DNA of 60,443 nt, the filler included, from Rhizaria sp. SCN 62-66 (lineage: Eukaryota), in the NCBI GenBank assembly GCA_001724265.1. It is 2 parts of 2 records of this genome, joined end to end, with 100 filler letters (N's around TTAATTAATTAA, not from the genome) between each part and the next. Parts side by side here need not be neighbours in the genome. Positions count along the whole stretch, not along the records: positions 1 to 31,033 come from MEDY01000381.1; positions 31,134 to 60,443 come from MEDY01000382.1. One strand, given 5' to 3'. Position numbers and translations under genes: made by a program. Position 1 is the stretch's first letter, and each line of letters starts with the position of its first letter. The notes under the pieces are model-generated. The model had not been told where the DNA came from. It saw nothing but the letters and a program-made list of their open reading frames with translations, and searched no databases. Shown in pieces: positions 25,601-38,400 of this stretch.

Positions 25601-25874
25601 GACAAAGCAAGGAGCCAATGCGAGTGCGAATGCCACTGTGCGGGCGCTGGCGGTGACTGCGTGCGTGGCGCGCGCGGGGCTCTTGGTGACGCTGCCAGCG
25701 ACTGCGACCGGGAATGCGGCCGCGGCGGCGGCGGCGGAGGCGATCGTGGCGGCGGCGGTGCGGGCGGCGGCGCGGCGAGGATTGCTGTCCGAGAAGGAAT
25801 CTGACGCTATTCAACGTGGCGACTTGGCTGACATCGTTGCCGCCGCGGCGGCTGACGAGGGTAACCACGAGTGA
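22690..25874 (+). CDS. UFL1: E3 UFM1-protein ligase 1 homolog, ~1,007 aa, 2 exons
   Basis: Exon 22690-22704 (MNAEI), intron 22705-22865 (gtacgt...tacag), then ASLFSQLRASQLSAPAPRLSDRACLSVLRLL...LVPTLSGRALLTPERLDADL...YGGRLEVAALPDLLDVDAVHL, matching the UFL1 N-terminal pattern (RLSERNC...TLDGKEYITP...GGRV...NVD). Stop TGA. Confidence 0.8.
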
Positions 25875-26343
25875 AATTGATCTATACTTCAAACAGATAC
25901 ATAGTTTATTCAAGTTATATTGCCTTGTCAATGTTATTTTCGATCAATTTAAGTGCCACCACAAACATTATATTAGTACCAAGAGCAGTACACTCGTCAC
26001 TATACGATGTGGGAATACAATGTAACGTTTGTACGAACTCCTCAAGCTGCGAAGTCACCACTGGTCAAGTTGTTACCGGATGGTGTAGTGGTTGAAGTTG
26101 AACTCTTCTGGATATAGTCGCGTGTCCGGCACACCTTCGTGATGTTATTATTATTTTGAACGGTAGATAGTTGTGTCACGTTGTTTCCTTTATTTTGTCG
26201 CAAGAGACGCACGTTTTGTGCGCTTAAACCAGTCCTGAATCTCCGCCTGCTCGAATCTCCTCTGCCCCCTCTCACCACGCCCTTCTCCGCCCTCTGCCGC
26301 CGCTCCGCGCCGCTCCCTTGCCCTACCCGCACAGTATCCTCAC

Positions 26344-29300
26344 ATGGCTGACTTGGGATGGGGTGAACTTGACGACTGGGACGAGGTGGGTCACACCAGC
26401 GAGTGGACCAGCATCGTTCAGCCCAGCACAGCTGCGCCCGCTGACACCTAGAAGCCTTCCGCCGCCGCGGCGGCAACCTCATCGTTGTCTTCTGCAACCG
26501 CCCCTGTGGCGCCCATCGTGGTCTCCGCGCCCGTGACCGTTGTCGCGCCGAAGCCCAGCGGCTTGATGGACAGTTCTCTCTTTACACAACAGACCGGCAA
26601 GTCGCAGGCGCGATATGCTACGAGGTGGGTCCTTCTCCTCACATGTAGCTTCTTTTTTTCGAGAAAACGCATTAGCACGCCTGTAAATTCTGTTTAATTA
26701 TATGCTAAAGTTCTGTATCTCACTATTTTTACTCTTATTTTTTCTTCTGTCTTATTTCTGCGTGATATCTTGTCGTCAATTCAACTCCCCTCCTCTGCCT
26801 CGCGCGTGCGCAGCTCCGCGTCCCTGTACGAGGTCGTGCCGCGCTCCGGCGTGACGACCCAGATGGCCCTCGCTGTGCTCCGCGCCGCCGAGCGCCTCTT
26901 CGTCACCCCCTCGGAGGCGGCCTGTCTCCTGCGCGCCTACCACTGGAACCGGACGAAGCTGGAGCAGGACTGGTACGGCAATGCCGAGAAGGTCCGCCGC
27001 GACTCAGGCGTCCCCGAGCCGCTCAACCTCGCCTCCTGGGAGACTGCCTACGCCGTGTTTACGCTCGCGCCCACCGCCAATACCGGCACGGCCGCGGGCG
27101 CGCGCGTCGCCGCCTCCGTCTCTGGCGCTGCCTCTGGCTCCGGCTCCGGTGCGGCCGCCACGGGCGCGCTGTCTGCGCCGCCGTCGCTGGGCGTGGCCAG
27201 CATCGTCATCCCCGACCTCACGGCCACCTCCTCCGCCGCGGCCGCCGCCGTCGCCGCGGCTGCGGTGGGCCCTATCGACGTCGAGTCCCTGCCGCCGGCG
27301 CCGGCCTCAGTGCCCACCCCGCCCTGCGCCGGCGCGCGCGACACGACCTTCTTCTACCACGCGCCGTCGCGTGCGCTCTTCGTGCAGTGCTCGACGGCCT
27401 ACTGCGACCGCGTGCGCGTCGAGAGCGCCGCCGCGCTGGGCTGCGGCCACTGGTTCTGCAGTGACTGCTGGCAAGCCTTCTTGGCCTCGGAGATCGACAC
27501 GCTGGGCCGCAGCGCAGTCTTCACGCGCTGCATGGGCATGGTCTGTACCAACGCCTCTATCAGCCACCGCCACGGGCTCGGCTGCAAGTGCAACGCGCTC
27601 GTCCCGCTCGAGTTCTTCGACCGCTTTGTGCGCCGCCCCACGCAGCTGCTCATGCAGCAGCAGCTCTCCGCCGCCAGCTCCACCAGCGAGGCCGCCGGCG
27701 CCGCAGACGGCAGCGGCAGCGGCAGCGGCGCCGGCGCCGGTGCGGGCGCGGCCGCCGACGGCGCGGGCGCGGCCGCCGGGGCCGGAGGCGCGCCGCTGCT
27801 GCTGCGCGCGGGCTCGTTCAAGCGGCAGCAGTCGCTGGCCAACGCCATCTCCGAGTCGGCCGCCGTGGCCGCCGCCGCCGCGGCAGCCGTGGTGCCGGGC
27901 GGCAAGCTGCTTCCGTCCTCGCTTACGCGCGTACCCTCGACCGAGATGACTGCGGCCGCCACTGCCACGGCGGCGGCGATCAGCAACCGCCACCACTCTG
28001 ACAGCGGTGATGCCGGCGGCGGCGAGGGCGGCGCGGACCGGACGCACGGTCCCGTATCGTCGCTGTTCCCCGCCGCGCACGGGCTTACCTTTGGCGCGGG
28101 CGCGAACGAGACGGGCGCGCGTCTGGTGGAGCGGCTCGAGAGTTGGGTGGTGGACCTGTACGTGGACAAGACTCCCGGCATCACGTGGTGCCCGCGGCCC
28201 GGCTGCGGCCCCGCCAAGGCCGCGGCGGCTGCGGCCGCGCTGATCTCGGGCGCGGACCCCATGGCCGCCGCCGACGCCGCGGCGCCCGGCGCGGACATGG
28301 GCGGCCCCGACTCTGGCGCGTTCGCCATAGTGGACAAGTCGGACGGGCTGCTGGGGATCCTCCCGGTCAAGTGCAAGTGCGCGCATGAGTTCTGCTTCAA
28401 GTGCCTGCAGGGCCCCCACGTGCCCGCGCCGTGCGACATCGTAGCCGCGTGGAACGCGCGCACGAACACCGACACGAGCGACCTGTGGATTCTGGCGCAG
28501 ACTAAAGAGTGCCCCAAGTGCCGCGTGCGCATCGAGAAGAACCGTGCGTGCAACCACATGACGTGCCTCAACTGCCGGCACCAGTTCTGCTGGCTGTGTC
28601 TCGCTAACTGGTCCGAGCACAACTCGTCCACGGGCGGCAGCTTTACCTGTCTGCGCTACCAGCAGGCCGTCTCCAAGGACGGCGTGTCGGCGGCCGAGAA
28701 GGCGCAGATCGAGCTCCAGCAGACGCTGCAGAAGCACTCGTACTACCTGGCGCGCGTGCAGCAGCACCAGCAGGGCGCGGCCTTCGCCGTCAAGCTCAAG
28801 GCGGACCTGGAGGCGCAGCTGCACCGCGTTACTGGCCACGTCGCGACCCGCGTGCTCGCCCAGATCGCGCCCGCCGCCGTGCTGCCCAAGGGCGGCTCCT
28901 CGGCCGCCGCCGCGGCGGGGCTGTCAACCGAGGCCGAGGCCCCTGCGGCGCTGGCGACGCGCTTCCAGTTCGCGCTCGACGCGCTGGACAAGGTGATCAC
29001 GGCGCGCACAGTGCTGCGTTGGTCGTATGTGACGGCGTTCTACCTCAAGACCAACGACACGAAGCGGCTGTTCGAGATGCAGCAGGAGCTGCTGGTCAAC
29101 ACTGTGGAGCAGCTGCAGGAGACGCTCGAGGACGTGCTGACGGACATGGTGGCCGTGTACCGGCAGAAGAAGGCGATCACCGACGCTGTGGCCGGGGTTG
29201 AGTCGATGCGCAAGTTCCTCACGCAGCACATCTCGAGCGGCGACCTGGAGAACTCGCTGCTGTACAAGGAGGATGCAGGCACGTCGACGCAGACCTGGAT

Positions 29301-29412
29301 GTGCCGCTGCGGCGCCGAGAGCAAGGAGGGCGTCAACGTGTGCGTCAAGTGCACGGCCTGCCGCAGGCACGGTGAGCCCGAGTGCAAAATCTGCCAGAAC
29401 ATGCGTCTCTAA
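26344..29412 (+). CDS. Ariadne-family RBR E3 ubiquitin ligase, ~959 aa, 2 exons, in-frame TAG at codon 36
   Basis: Acidic start MADLGWGELDDWDE; intron 26625-26813; UBA-like LLRAYHWNRTKL; RING1 (CGHWFCSDCW); IBR (WCPRPGC...CKCAHEFCFKC...HVPAPC); RING2 (KECPKCRVRIEKNRACNHMTCLNCRHQFCWLC); helical Ariadne domain. Stop TAA. Confidence 0.9.
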
Positions 29413-29920
29413 GACGTCTGCACCGGCGTGGCAGCATAGAGGCGGCGAGCGAGAAGTGACTGCCAGGCACGAGTGTCGTGCGAGTGCTGTCGCTCTTGTT
29501 TGCTCTTTTTTTATCGTGTCGCTCGAGTGTAACTAATGTGAGAGCTGGTGCGTAGTTGATGACGCATCAACGACCTGTGCTGTGGATATCGTTTAGATAG
29601 CTTTTCTTCGTGTCCTGCTGTGATACTGTCAGTAATCATACATTCATCTGTGTCTTCTATTGCGATAATAGTTTGCAACTCCTTTGTATGAACTTGATTG
29701 TGTCTTGTATTCGAGAGGATTTGAAACCACCTCATAAGTGCTCTCGCTCGAGATTCACTTGCAACAAGCGATCGAGCTCCAAATAAAACATTGTGTGCGT
29801 AGTAAAGAATCCGTTATTGATTATGACACACGAGTGTATATATTTAAATGGTAGCTTTCGTATGATATTCTTATTATTTTTCAGCCATATACGTATTTGT
29901 TTCTCTACGCGTATAGACAA

Positions 29921-30526
29921 ATGTCAGCTTCACCTCCACCTCCTCCGCCACCTGGCGACCTCGACGATCTCTTTGCCGCGCCAGCTATCTCTGCGACTCC
30001 CGCTGCCTCTGTCTCAGAGGCTAAACCCGCTTTCATCCAAATTCCGTGGGCACAGCGCTTTCCCGTCCACGCTGCTGCCCAATGCGGCGACAGCGCTGCT
30101 CTCTCTGCACTCCTCCTCAGCACAGACAAAGTCGAAGACTCGCACAGCCACACTGCTGGCGCGGCTACATCACTCGCAGTCGCGTCCGCACGCGACGACG
30201 ACTCGTGGCTGCCGCTGCATTACGCGGCCTGGGAGGGCCACACCGCCTGCGTGCTGCTGCTGCTGCAGGACGCGCCGTCGCTGCTCGCCGCGGGCAACCA
30301 CGTCGGCGCAACTGCACTGCACCTGGCGGCCGGAATGGGGCGTGAGGCTACCGTTGCTGCGCTGCTCGCCGCCGCCACGAGCGCGGTGGACGTGGCTGCG
30401 CGCGACGCAGAGCGGCAGACGCCGGCGATGGTTGCCGCGGCGCTGTGCGAAGACGCGGAGGCGCGCGCGCGCATTGTGAGCGCCATCAACGCAGCGGAGC
30501 AGCGGCTCGTGGGGAACAGCGCATGA
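29921..30526 (+). CDS. Small ankyrin-repeat protein, 201 aa
   Basis: FPVHAAAQCGD, WLPLHYAAWEGHTACVLLLL, ATALHLAAGMGREATVAALL, ARDAERQTP. Stop TGA. Confidence 0.85.
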   Translation: MSASPPPPPPPGDLDDLFAAPAISATPAASVSEAKPAFIQIPWAQRFPVHAAAQCGDSAALSALLLSTDKVEDSHSHTAGAATSLAVASARDDDSWLPLHYAAWEGHTACVLLLLQDAPSLLAAGNHVGATALHLAAGMGREATVAALLAAATSAVDVAARDAERQTPAMVAAALCEDAEARARIVSAINAAEQRLVGNSA

Positions 30527-30936
30527 GCAACGGAGATGTCTCGTATGACTTCGGTGTGTCTCGGCATGTTGCATGGCCGTGGTGTTGTTGGTGTTTGATA
30601 TCACACGAAACGCGGTGAAGTTCCGCTGCACAGTCGCATGGCACTTAAATCTAAGTCAACACTAGAGGGTGTTTCGCTTTTTTGTGTGTATTAGTGAGCG
30701 AACTCTTTTAATTTGTGTTGAATGGTATTATTGTTACATAGATTTTATAGTTTACAAATAGTTTGCATAGTCTTTTGTTTAAAACTTGTGTCGTTATTGC
30801 ATGACGGTGAGTACGCTGCTACAGTGTTACCAGCGTTACGTGTAACTTAGAGTGGCGACGGCAAGTCACGGACTCTCAGTTGTCGAGCGAGTTGGACGCG
30901 CGAGCGCTTGTTAGATTATTGTGCAAGCCGGCGTAC

Positions 30937-31033
30937 TTAGAGCTGCTGGCCAGAGCCCTGGGGAGCAGAGGTGAGCTGGTCCTGGCCCTGCGATTGAGCC
31001 ATCACACCCTGCGACTGGCCCTGAAGCTGGCCC
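30937..31033 (-). CDS. 3' fragment of a gene truncated by the scaffold gap (Q/G-rich tail)
   Basis: GC-rich frame GQLQGQSQGVMAQSQGQDQLTSAPQGSGQQL ending in TAA, followed by lower-GC sequence. Confidence 0.5.
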
Positions 31034-31133
31034 NNNNNNNNNNNNNNNNNNNNNNNNNNNNNNNNNNNNNNNNNNNNTTAATTAATTAANNNNNNNNNNN
31101 NNNNNNNNNNNNNNNNNNNNNNNNNNNNNNNNN
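31034..31133. other. Assembly gap with artificial linker (44 N + TTAATTAATTAA + 44 N)
   Basis: Exactly 100 nt, symmetric, with a 12-mer giving stops in all six frames. Confidence 0.95.
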
Positions 31134-31415
31134 GGCGCGCGCCGGGCCGCGGCGGCCGCCGGGAGCCTCGCGCTGCCCGTGGCGCCCGAGTCCGCGGCCG
31201 CCGCGGCGGGCGGATGGTATGTCAGCGAGCAGGGCCGGATCGTCGCCACTGCCGCCGATGGCAGCGACGCAGCCGCGGCGCCCGTTAAGCGCCACGCCAG
31301 TAGCAGCAACGCCGGTAGTGGCAACGGCGGGAGCGCGCAGAGTGCCGCTGTGGGCGGGGCGGTGGCGGGCGGTGCGAACGCGGGCAAGCGCCGGTCGTCG
31401 GCGGCAGCGGTGTAA
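31134..31415 (+). CDS. 3' fragment of a gene truncated by the scaffold gap
   Basis: Very GC-rich Ala/Gly/Ser-rich frame (...GGWYVSEQGRIVATAADG...KRRSSAAAV) ending in TAA with an abrupt shift to AT-rich sequence. Confidence 0.6.
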   Translation, partial: GARRAAAAAGSLALPVAPESAAAAAGGWYVSEQGRIVATAADGSDAAAAPVKRHASSSNAGSGNGGSAQSAAVGGAVAGGANAGKRRSSAAAV

Positions 31416-32459
31416 GCAAAACACTCTGACTGTCGGCCTCTTTTCCACTTGTCAGATGATCAATTTCTGATTTTATATATTAGCTTTGCTTTTTTTCTTG
31501 GCGATAAGGATCGCACTTCCATAATACACGGTTGTATTTTTCCCGATTTACATTGCGTTCTATTGGTGTCCGTTTTTGGCCGAGTGATGTAAAAACACTG
31601 CACACCTCTCCTCTTAGAGCGCAACGCGTGAGCGGAGGAATATATGTCATTTTTATACGCACACATGCACGCATTATTGTGTCGTCATCCGCATGATAAT
31701 ACTGTATTTCCGGCCTATGACCGGAGATGACTCGGCCAGTCGTGATGTTTTCTGGGATGCTGTGGTCAATACTGTCGGGCCCGATGGAAAACTGATGCAC
31801 GGACGCTCGTCGCGTGCCATCGTGCAGTCGTCTTCTTCTTTCACAAAGGAGGGAGGGGGATGTCGCATCGTCCCTGTTTCCCGATACCAACCTCAAACTC
31901 ATCCTATTTTGAAAACATCGGAGTTTTCAAATGATTGAAATTAACCAACGCATATGTTACTGTAATTAAATCTCCGTTGGACTTCAATTTTTAGATAATC
32001 AGCTGGTTGTAGATCATAGGCCCTCCTTCCTCTCACTCGTCGAGTTCGAAGGTCACTGAGTGCTTCAGAGAGTGAACATTTGTTAAAGATATATGTTTCA
32101 ATGTTATCCTGATATAGTCAGGTGTGTAATACTGGACTACTGTTCTTCTTTTGCGATTGTAAGCTGCTCAGGTAAAGAAAATCTTGATGGGGTCCTCTCC
32201 AGATGGCGTCATATTGTGATTTGAAGAGCCGTATCGTGTGATACCATGATCCATTGAAACAACGAGAGTTAATATGCTTTCGATTAACATCACAAGTAAT
32301 CTCGCTAATCTTTTAAACGCATTTTTCCTCTATTCTACTCTTGTCGCTAACTTTTTGACGCGACGTTCGGGAAATCCTCCAAGCTGGGTCTCCTACGATA
32401 GTGATCGTTATTGTCCCTAGTCTTACTAAGCCCGTAGATCAATCACTGACCCCGTCTCA

Positions 32460-35400
32460 ATGGTTCGCTACTGGCGCATGTCGCCGTGGCCTGTTGTGTT
32501 GTGGTTTGTTCTGATTATCGTCGTGCAGAATGCAGCCGCCTTCCTTGCAACGGCTCCTGAACGTGGACCAGGACCCACGTTCAGCGCTGCACTCGTGCCT
32601 GCCTCCACAGTCTGCTTCCCAGCACTCGGCTACACCTCCGTGACCCTTGCGGTCAACCTCTCTGGGCTCGATGCAACAGATAACGCCGTAGTAACCCTCG
32701 ACTGGTCCTGTCCGTCTCTGTCGCAGCTCAACCTCACCGCCATCTCGCTCGCGTCCCCCTCAACAGGCTGCCTTGTTGACTTGACGACGCCCAATACTGT
32801 CCGCTGCCAGCGCACCGCCACGGCCGCGTTCATTCTCACCGATGTTCGTGTTGTCTTTACAGCATTTATTGGCTTTAAGGATTCCACGAACGTACTGTCT
32901 GAGTGCCTTAAGATCACAGCCAACGGTGATAATGCCCACGCCGCACCTTCGATGGCCGACGCGCTGCTGCTTGCGCCTCCGATAGCTGAGCCAACAAGCA
33001 CTGTACTGCGCGAGAACTCTGCACCTGACAGCTCTAGCACCGCGGACAACATCACTGCTATGCTCGATGTAAGCGCCGTTCTGACCTCGCGCACCGAGGG
33101 CCTCACAGTGCTTGCAGTCATGCTCGCGGCCAACGGGCGTTTGGCCTACGATATGGCTGCGACAAAGGTTTTAGTCACGGAAAGCGGCGATGACGAAGCT
33201 ATAAAGAATACGAAGTGCGTGATCAAGCGCGACTATGAGTCTCGCATTGTTGAACTGCGTTGTTTAGGCCTGCCTGCGGGCCGAATCAATCTCCAGCTAA
33301 CTCCGGTGATTGTTCGGGTGAGTGCGGACGCCGTTAATAGTCGTCGTATTTTTATGCGCTTTGCTATGAACGGCAAATCATTGCCCATGACCATGAAGGG
33401 TAGTTTGGATAATCACAATGAAGACCGCCGCAATGCTTCAGAGACTAACGACAGTCAAGAAGTGGACAGTAACAACAACGCCTTTCAACAAACTGGCTCG
33501 CGCCCTGGACTTATGGCAACACAGGCACTGCCTTCCTCAAACTTAGCTCGTAACTCCAGCCGCGGTTCTCTTCGCGGCCAAAGGATGAGGTCTCTAGTTT
33601 AGCTCGAATGTATGAAGCTCGTTTCTGGGGAGCTCGAGACCCTGACCCCGATTGACAGCAGCAACAGTAGCGTCAGCGGCAACAGCATTGCTCAGCGGAA
33701 CAGTCCGTTTCGCCCACTTGCTCCTATCCTTGATCCATGTCCGGATCCGACTTATTACGACTTCATTGCTGAGTGGTACGTTTCTAACGTGGTTGCATAC
33801 CAGCTAAATGCACGAACTCGTCGCTGCTCGCTTGTTGCCGGTTTTTACGTGACTTCGACAAGGGCAACCACGCGTATTAGGCTCACTTCAAATGCGTGCA
33901 CAACATCACTTGACTTTAGCAGTGCTTCCAGTGCGCTGTCCGTGTTTGCAGTATCAAGCAGCTATATTGAGTTTACTGTTGGGAGTACTGTGGGAGGAAG
34001 CTATTACGATAACGTGATTCAAAACGTGATGATAACTTCTTCAACAGCAGCTCTTGAGTACAGCCTTCCCTATAACTGCGTCACATTTGCAGAAAAAGCT
34101 GGTACAACGGTAGTTTCAAGCGTCGTTCCTGGTTACAATCTCTTGATCGACGCAACGCCAACTCGCACCTCGTTTAATTATGATTTCGATACGACTACCC
34201 ACACTGGTTCAACCACCTTGGCATTAAGTGGCTTTGAAAATCGTTTTGATCGTGTTTGGTCAAGTAATGTTCAACTCCGCGGTATGCGCCTTAGCTCAGT
34301 GCTTCCTGTGGCAGGCGCAACAACAATATCTCTTGCAGGATCGTGTCTAGGTGTGTATACGTTTGGACAGTTGGGCGTCAATGAACGTGTTACGACAAAG
34401 AGTTTCACAATCCCCACGACACAGTTGTTCTCATTTCCAGCAATAACACTATATGTGCGCCCGAACAGTGCACTGCTACCAGTGCCCCTTTCATGTTTTC
34501 AAATCACGTACAGTATTGGCACTGCGTACACTATGTCTGCAGCTGCTTTAACAACGTCTTTGGCCTCCATGCCCCAGAGCGTAATGAACTTTCATGTTAT
34601 CGATGCCACACCATATTCTTCGACTGACCCAACAACGTCATTTAAGTACACGGTGACACGTGAGTTTTCAATTTTGCCACGTGTTGCAACTTCGTCAGGT
34701 GGAACTTTTACAATCTCAGACCCTGATGGCTGCTTGTGTCCAAGTACTGTGTACGCATTTATAACGCCCCCAGTAGAACCGTTCACCGCAAGCATGGTTT
34801 GCTCACCTCAGACTTTTTCGACAACGCAGATTCAATTCACGTGTACCGGCTCTATGGCAATCAAAGTCTGGTCCAGGTTTTTCCTTCAATGCAGTAACGC
34901 ATTCACTGAGTCTCAAATGGACTCATGTTTCGTTGATGCACGGGCAGCTAGCACTAAAATTCTTGTACCATACGTTGATTTAACAAGTGAATCACTTGCG
35001 CGCTTTGATACTGTTCAGACCACGTCGAAATTTAGTATGTTCTTTGGTGCCATAGCGAGTCAGCGCACTCTGGAAAACAACTATATGGTTCCAGCCTCTG
35101 TAATGACCACCCCGACGCTTGTGACAATTACGATCTACATGCATGTGACGGTGCTCCCATCTTCATCTTTTGATCTTGTTGTTGGTGTTAGTGGCGATCT
35201 CGAATGGGCCGCGGACACAACAGCGGTAGCTGGGTCTGGAACTTCGTGCACAGCAACTGGTAATGCAAAATTCAGCTGTTCAGCAATGTCATCACGCGTG
35301 GTTTCTGCAAGCGCTAATGGTGTTGCCACAATCATCGTCAAAAATGTTCGTGAGCCCCGGGGTCTTGTTGATTTTGTAGTCAATCCACTGGCGGCCGTGG

Positions 35401-38400
35401 TCACGGCGACGGTTTCATACGCAGACTCAAATATGCTAAGCATCATCCAGGATGCAACGGAAGTGCGTTTGGCGTATTACGTATATAGTCTGAACTCGCG
35501 GGCTGTTACAAACTACTTTCTAGACTCTGTTGCCATGATCATTTTGCCTTTATCTCGTTCAGCCGGACTCCCATTTATTGACCTCATATCAATAGGACAA
35601 TCATTTGTACCGGGAGCGTCTCTTACAGCTACTTCGTCTCGCGGCTTTCCAGCAGTGACTGCTTCAGTCATAGATGAGTTTACAGTTCGCGTCGAGTCCG
35701 TGGCAGATGTACACTTTGGCTTTTATATTACAGTCACCGGGACTGATATTTTAAACACAACCTCAGATTTGTCCGCTGAAAATCCATCTGGTTTTGGTCC
35801 AGGTTTCTTCCGAATGCTGGTCGGGTCACATTCATTTGCTGCAACTAGTAACACTCAATTTGGACCCTACGCAGAGGCGTACGGCCCGACCAGGTTTTTT
35901 ATCACAACGACATCAGTAGTAGCAAAAAGCATTGCTACAGCCCGCATTCGGTCTTTCGTATTTGCTTTTGATCCAGTTATGGGTGGCAATGGAGGTGCCG
36001 GTGTCACTCTCGTTCTATCCTCAACAGCGTGCAAAGTTGACTTTAGTGAGGTCACACTTCAGTCCGGATTGCTTGCAATTCATTCCGCTTCATTGGATAC
36101 GATTCGATTTAACGTACCTACGGGCTGCACCAAGGAAAGCACCTGCATCGCTGTACTTGCGGGGGTTACGGTCACTGCATCAGCTGGTGCGTTAAACTGG
36201 CCGTTGAGTCTTGCCAAGTCGTGCTTCACGACATCCCTCCATGTCTCGGGAGTTGCTGTTGGGGCGCCTGCTCAAGCTGAGCACGATGTTGATCTCTTTG
36301 TCTCAGGCACGGACCTTCCTATGTACACACTTGTCAGTGATGCAGCGTTACTGCCTGCAACACGCATGAAGTACTTCCCGAACACAGGGTATTCCGCTCG
36401 TTACAGCGGCGCATACGTGTCGGATCCGATTCGGATCTTTGGTGTTAGCTTTGCCGGCCGCACTAACAACGTCTACACTCTCACAAGCTCATGCTCTGCA
36501 CTACAGCTGTTGGACGCAACAGACGCAACGGTGGATGCAATTGATTTTCATATGGATTTTCGGGTCTATGACTTGACTTATGTGGCCGATTTTCGTGTTA
36601 AAATTGATCTAGCCGTGGTGATCTCGTCAGTTGCGTTCTCATGTTTTATGATCCGCATAAAATCGCTAGGAACCACGATCACCTCAATCTTTTCTGGTGA
36701 GAGCGTTCCGTTGGTATTCCTGCCCGCGTTCTCGGTAGGACTTGTTGACACAAAGCTGTCCTCACTCTCGGACGAAAATACTGCTTTGAGCAAATTCGCA
36801 CTGACATATGAGTTAAACATGCTTCTTCCAAAGGCTCTTACAGAGTCCACCAATCTTATCTTTATGGATATTGACTCTTGTTTCTGTCCTAATTCACAAG
36901 ATGCGCAGCTCAAAACCTCAACAGCGGACCCGTACGGACAGGTTCAACCTAACGTGGCGTTAGAATGTACACTCGAAGCGTCTGGCCCAGCTTTTAGCAT
37001 ACGCTGCAGCACATCAATTAGCGCGCACGGATGGTTTTCAGTCAACTTTGTCTGTCCCACGATGTTTAATGCGGAGGATCTTCATAAGTGCGTTCCTAAA
37101 TTTGTGACCAAGTCTGTTACATTTCAATTTGGCAGTGAAACTGTGAGTCCGCCTGAAAGCTTTTTTAACATGGGTCCCGAAGTTATTATGGCTGCACGTT
37201 ACCTAGCTCGCGCATTCCCCACCGGGTTTTCTCTTACAACGGGCGAAACTTCCGCAGTGACTCAAACAATGGAGTTTGTGCTGTACATTGTCACTATTCC
37301 TCAGTACGATTTCACTTTCAACCTTGCATCTAGCTCTGTTTCGCTTCCTGCACCTCCAAAGCCCGTTTCAAACGAGCTAAGCAAGTACTGTGACATTGTT
37401 CCTTCGTCAAACAAGACATTTTGTTCAGTATTGCCCGCCAAAGATGCTGTTAATACGTTCATTCTTGAAAAAATTGTTGGCACGGTTGCCAATAGCTACA
37501 ACCTTTTTAGCTCTGGCGCATTGACAGCATCGATTGTCTCAGCTGGTCCCACAATTCGTGTTACAACAAGCAAAAAACAGTGGTTTGCTATGGGTGCTGA
37601 TTACGTCGGGGACTATTTTGGCTACATGGTCACCGGAGCAAGTCCTGTTGCTCTCTACAAGTCAATTCGCTTTACGCCAACGGTTGGCATTGCAGTGCTT
37701 CACCCTGACTATGTTCCTGCAACTCCGTACACAATCACCTTTGCAGCATCTTGCAATAATGCGATAATTGGCGACAGTTCGGTAACTATTGATGTAGTTG
37801 GTACCGCTCCCAACGTTGGCGCGCGTTCGATTGCAGCGAATAGCATTAGCATTACGACTGGCTGTGATCTTGGATCTTTTGTGGAGTTTAAGGGCACCAA
37901 CGGTGCATACCTTGTGCGCTCAGACTACGCAACGTACTCTGCAACCGGACTTCATGCAACTTGTTTTTCTGCGAAATCTGGCTCCTACAATTTAGGTGTG
38001 TCGCCGACGAGCAAAATCGGCCCATTTCCATCTGCTGGCCCACTTCTGCCGTTGTTCTTTGCAGTTCCAGCTGGAATTACTGTGGAGACACATTACTCGT
38101 TAAACTCAACGTACAACTTCAGGGTGCTGATCACACCGCGTTACGCTTTAACAACAAGCATTAAGGTTGTGATCGAATATGACTACACGACGTGTCCGCT
38201 TGAAAATTTGCCAGTGTCGTTCGATTCTACTGCAGCAACAATTAGTGTCTCCACCTTGCTCGGCACATCACCCTACAGCGGCTGCACAAAACTCTCAACC
38301 GGCTCAAGCAGTAGCGTCGGCGTCACATGCAACGGCAGTTACAACCCAACCCTGCACGGCAACATTTTGCTCACAGTCAACGGACTAACAGTCCTCCGTG

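Noticed and set aside
26449-26451. Pyrrolysine or selenocysteine-type recoding
   Set aside because: Pyl is not known in eukaryotes and Sec uses UGA. The sites are mostly non-catalytic linkers with no shared downstream signal.
3052-29412. Functional cluster of ubiquitin-like pathway genes (cullin, Ariadne, UFL1) and two FKBPs
   Set aside because: These are large common families interspersed with unrelated genes; there is no evidence beyond chance without synteny data.
2918-30631. Numerous long antisense or alternative-frame ORFs (Arg/Pro-rich, polyC, polyL)
   Set aside because: They are shadow ORFs expected from very high GC and trinucleotide repeats opposite identifiable genes.
31078-31089. 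TTAATTAATTAA palindrome as a biological site
   Set aside because: It is centred in a 100-nt N spacer and is an artificial all-frame-stop linker.
31460-32459. Short ORFs upstream of the giant gene
   Set aside because: No domain similarity or coding-like codon bias.
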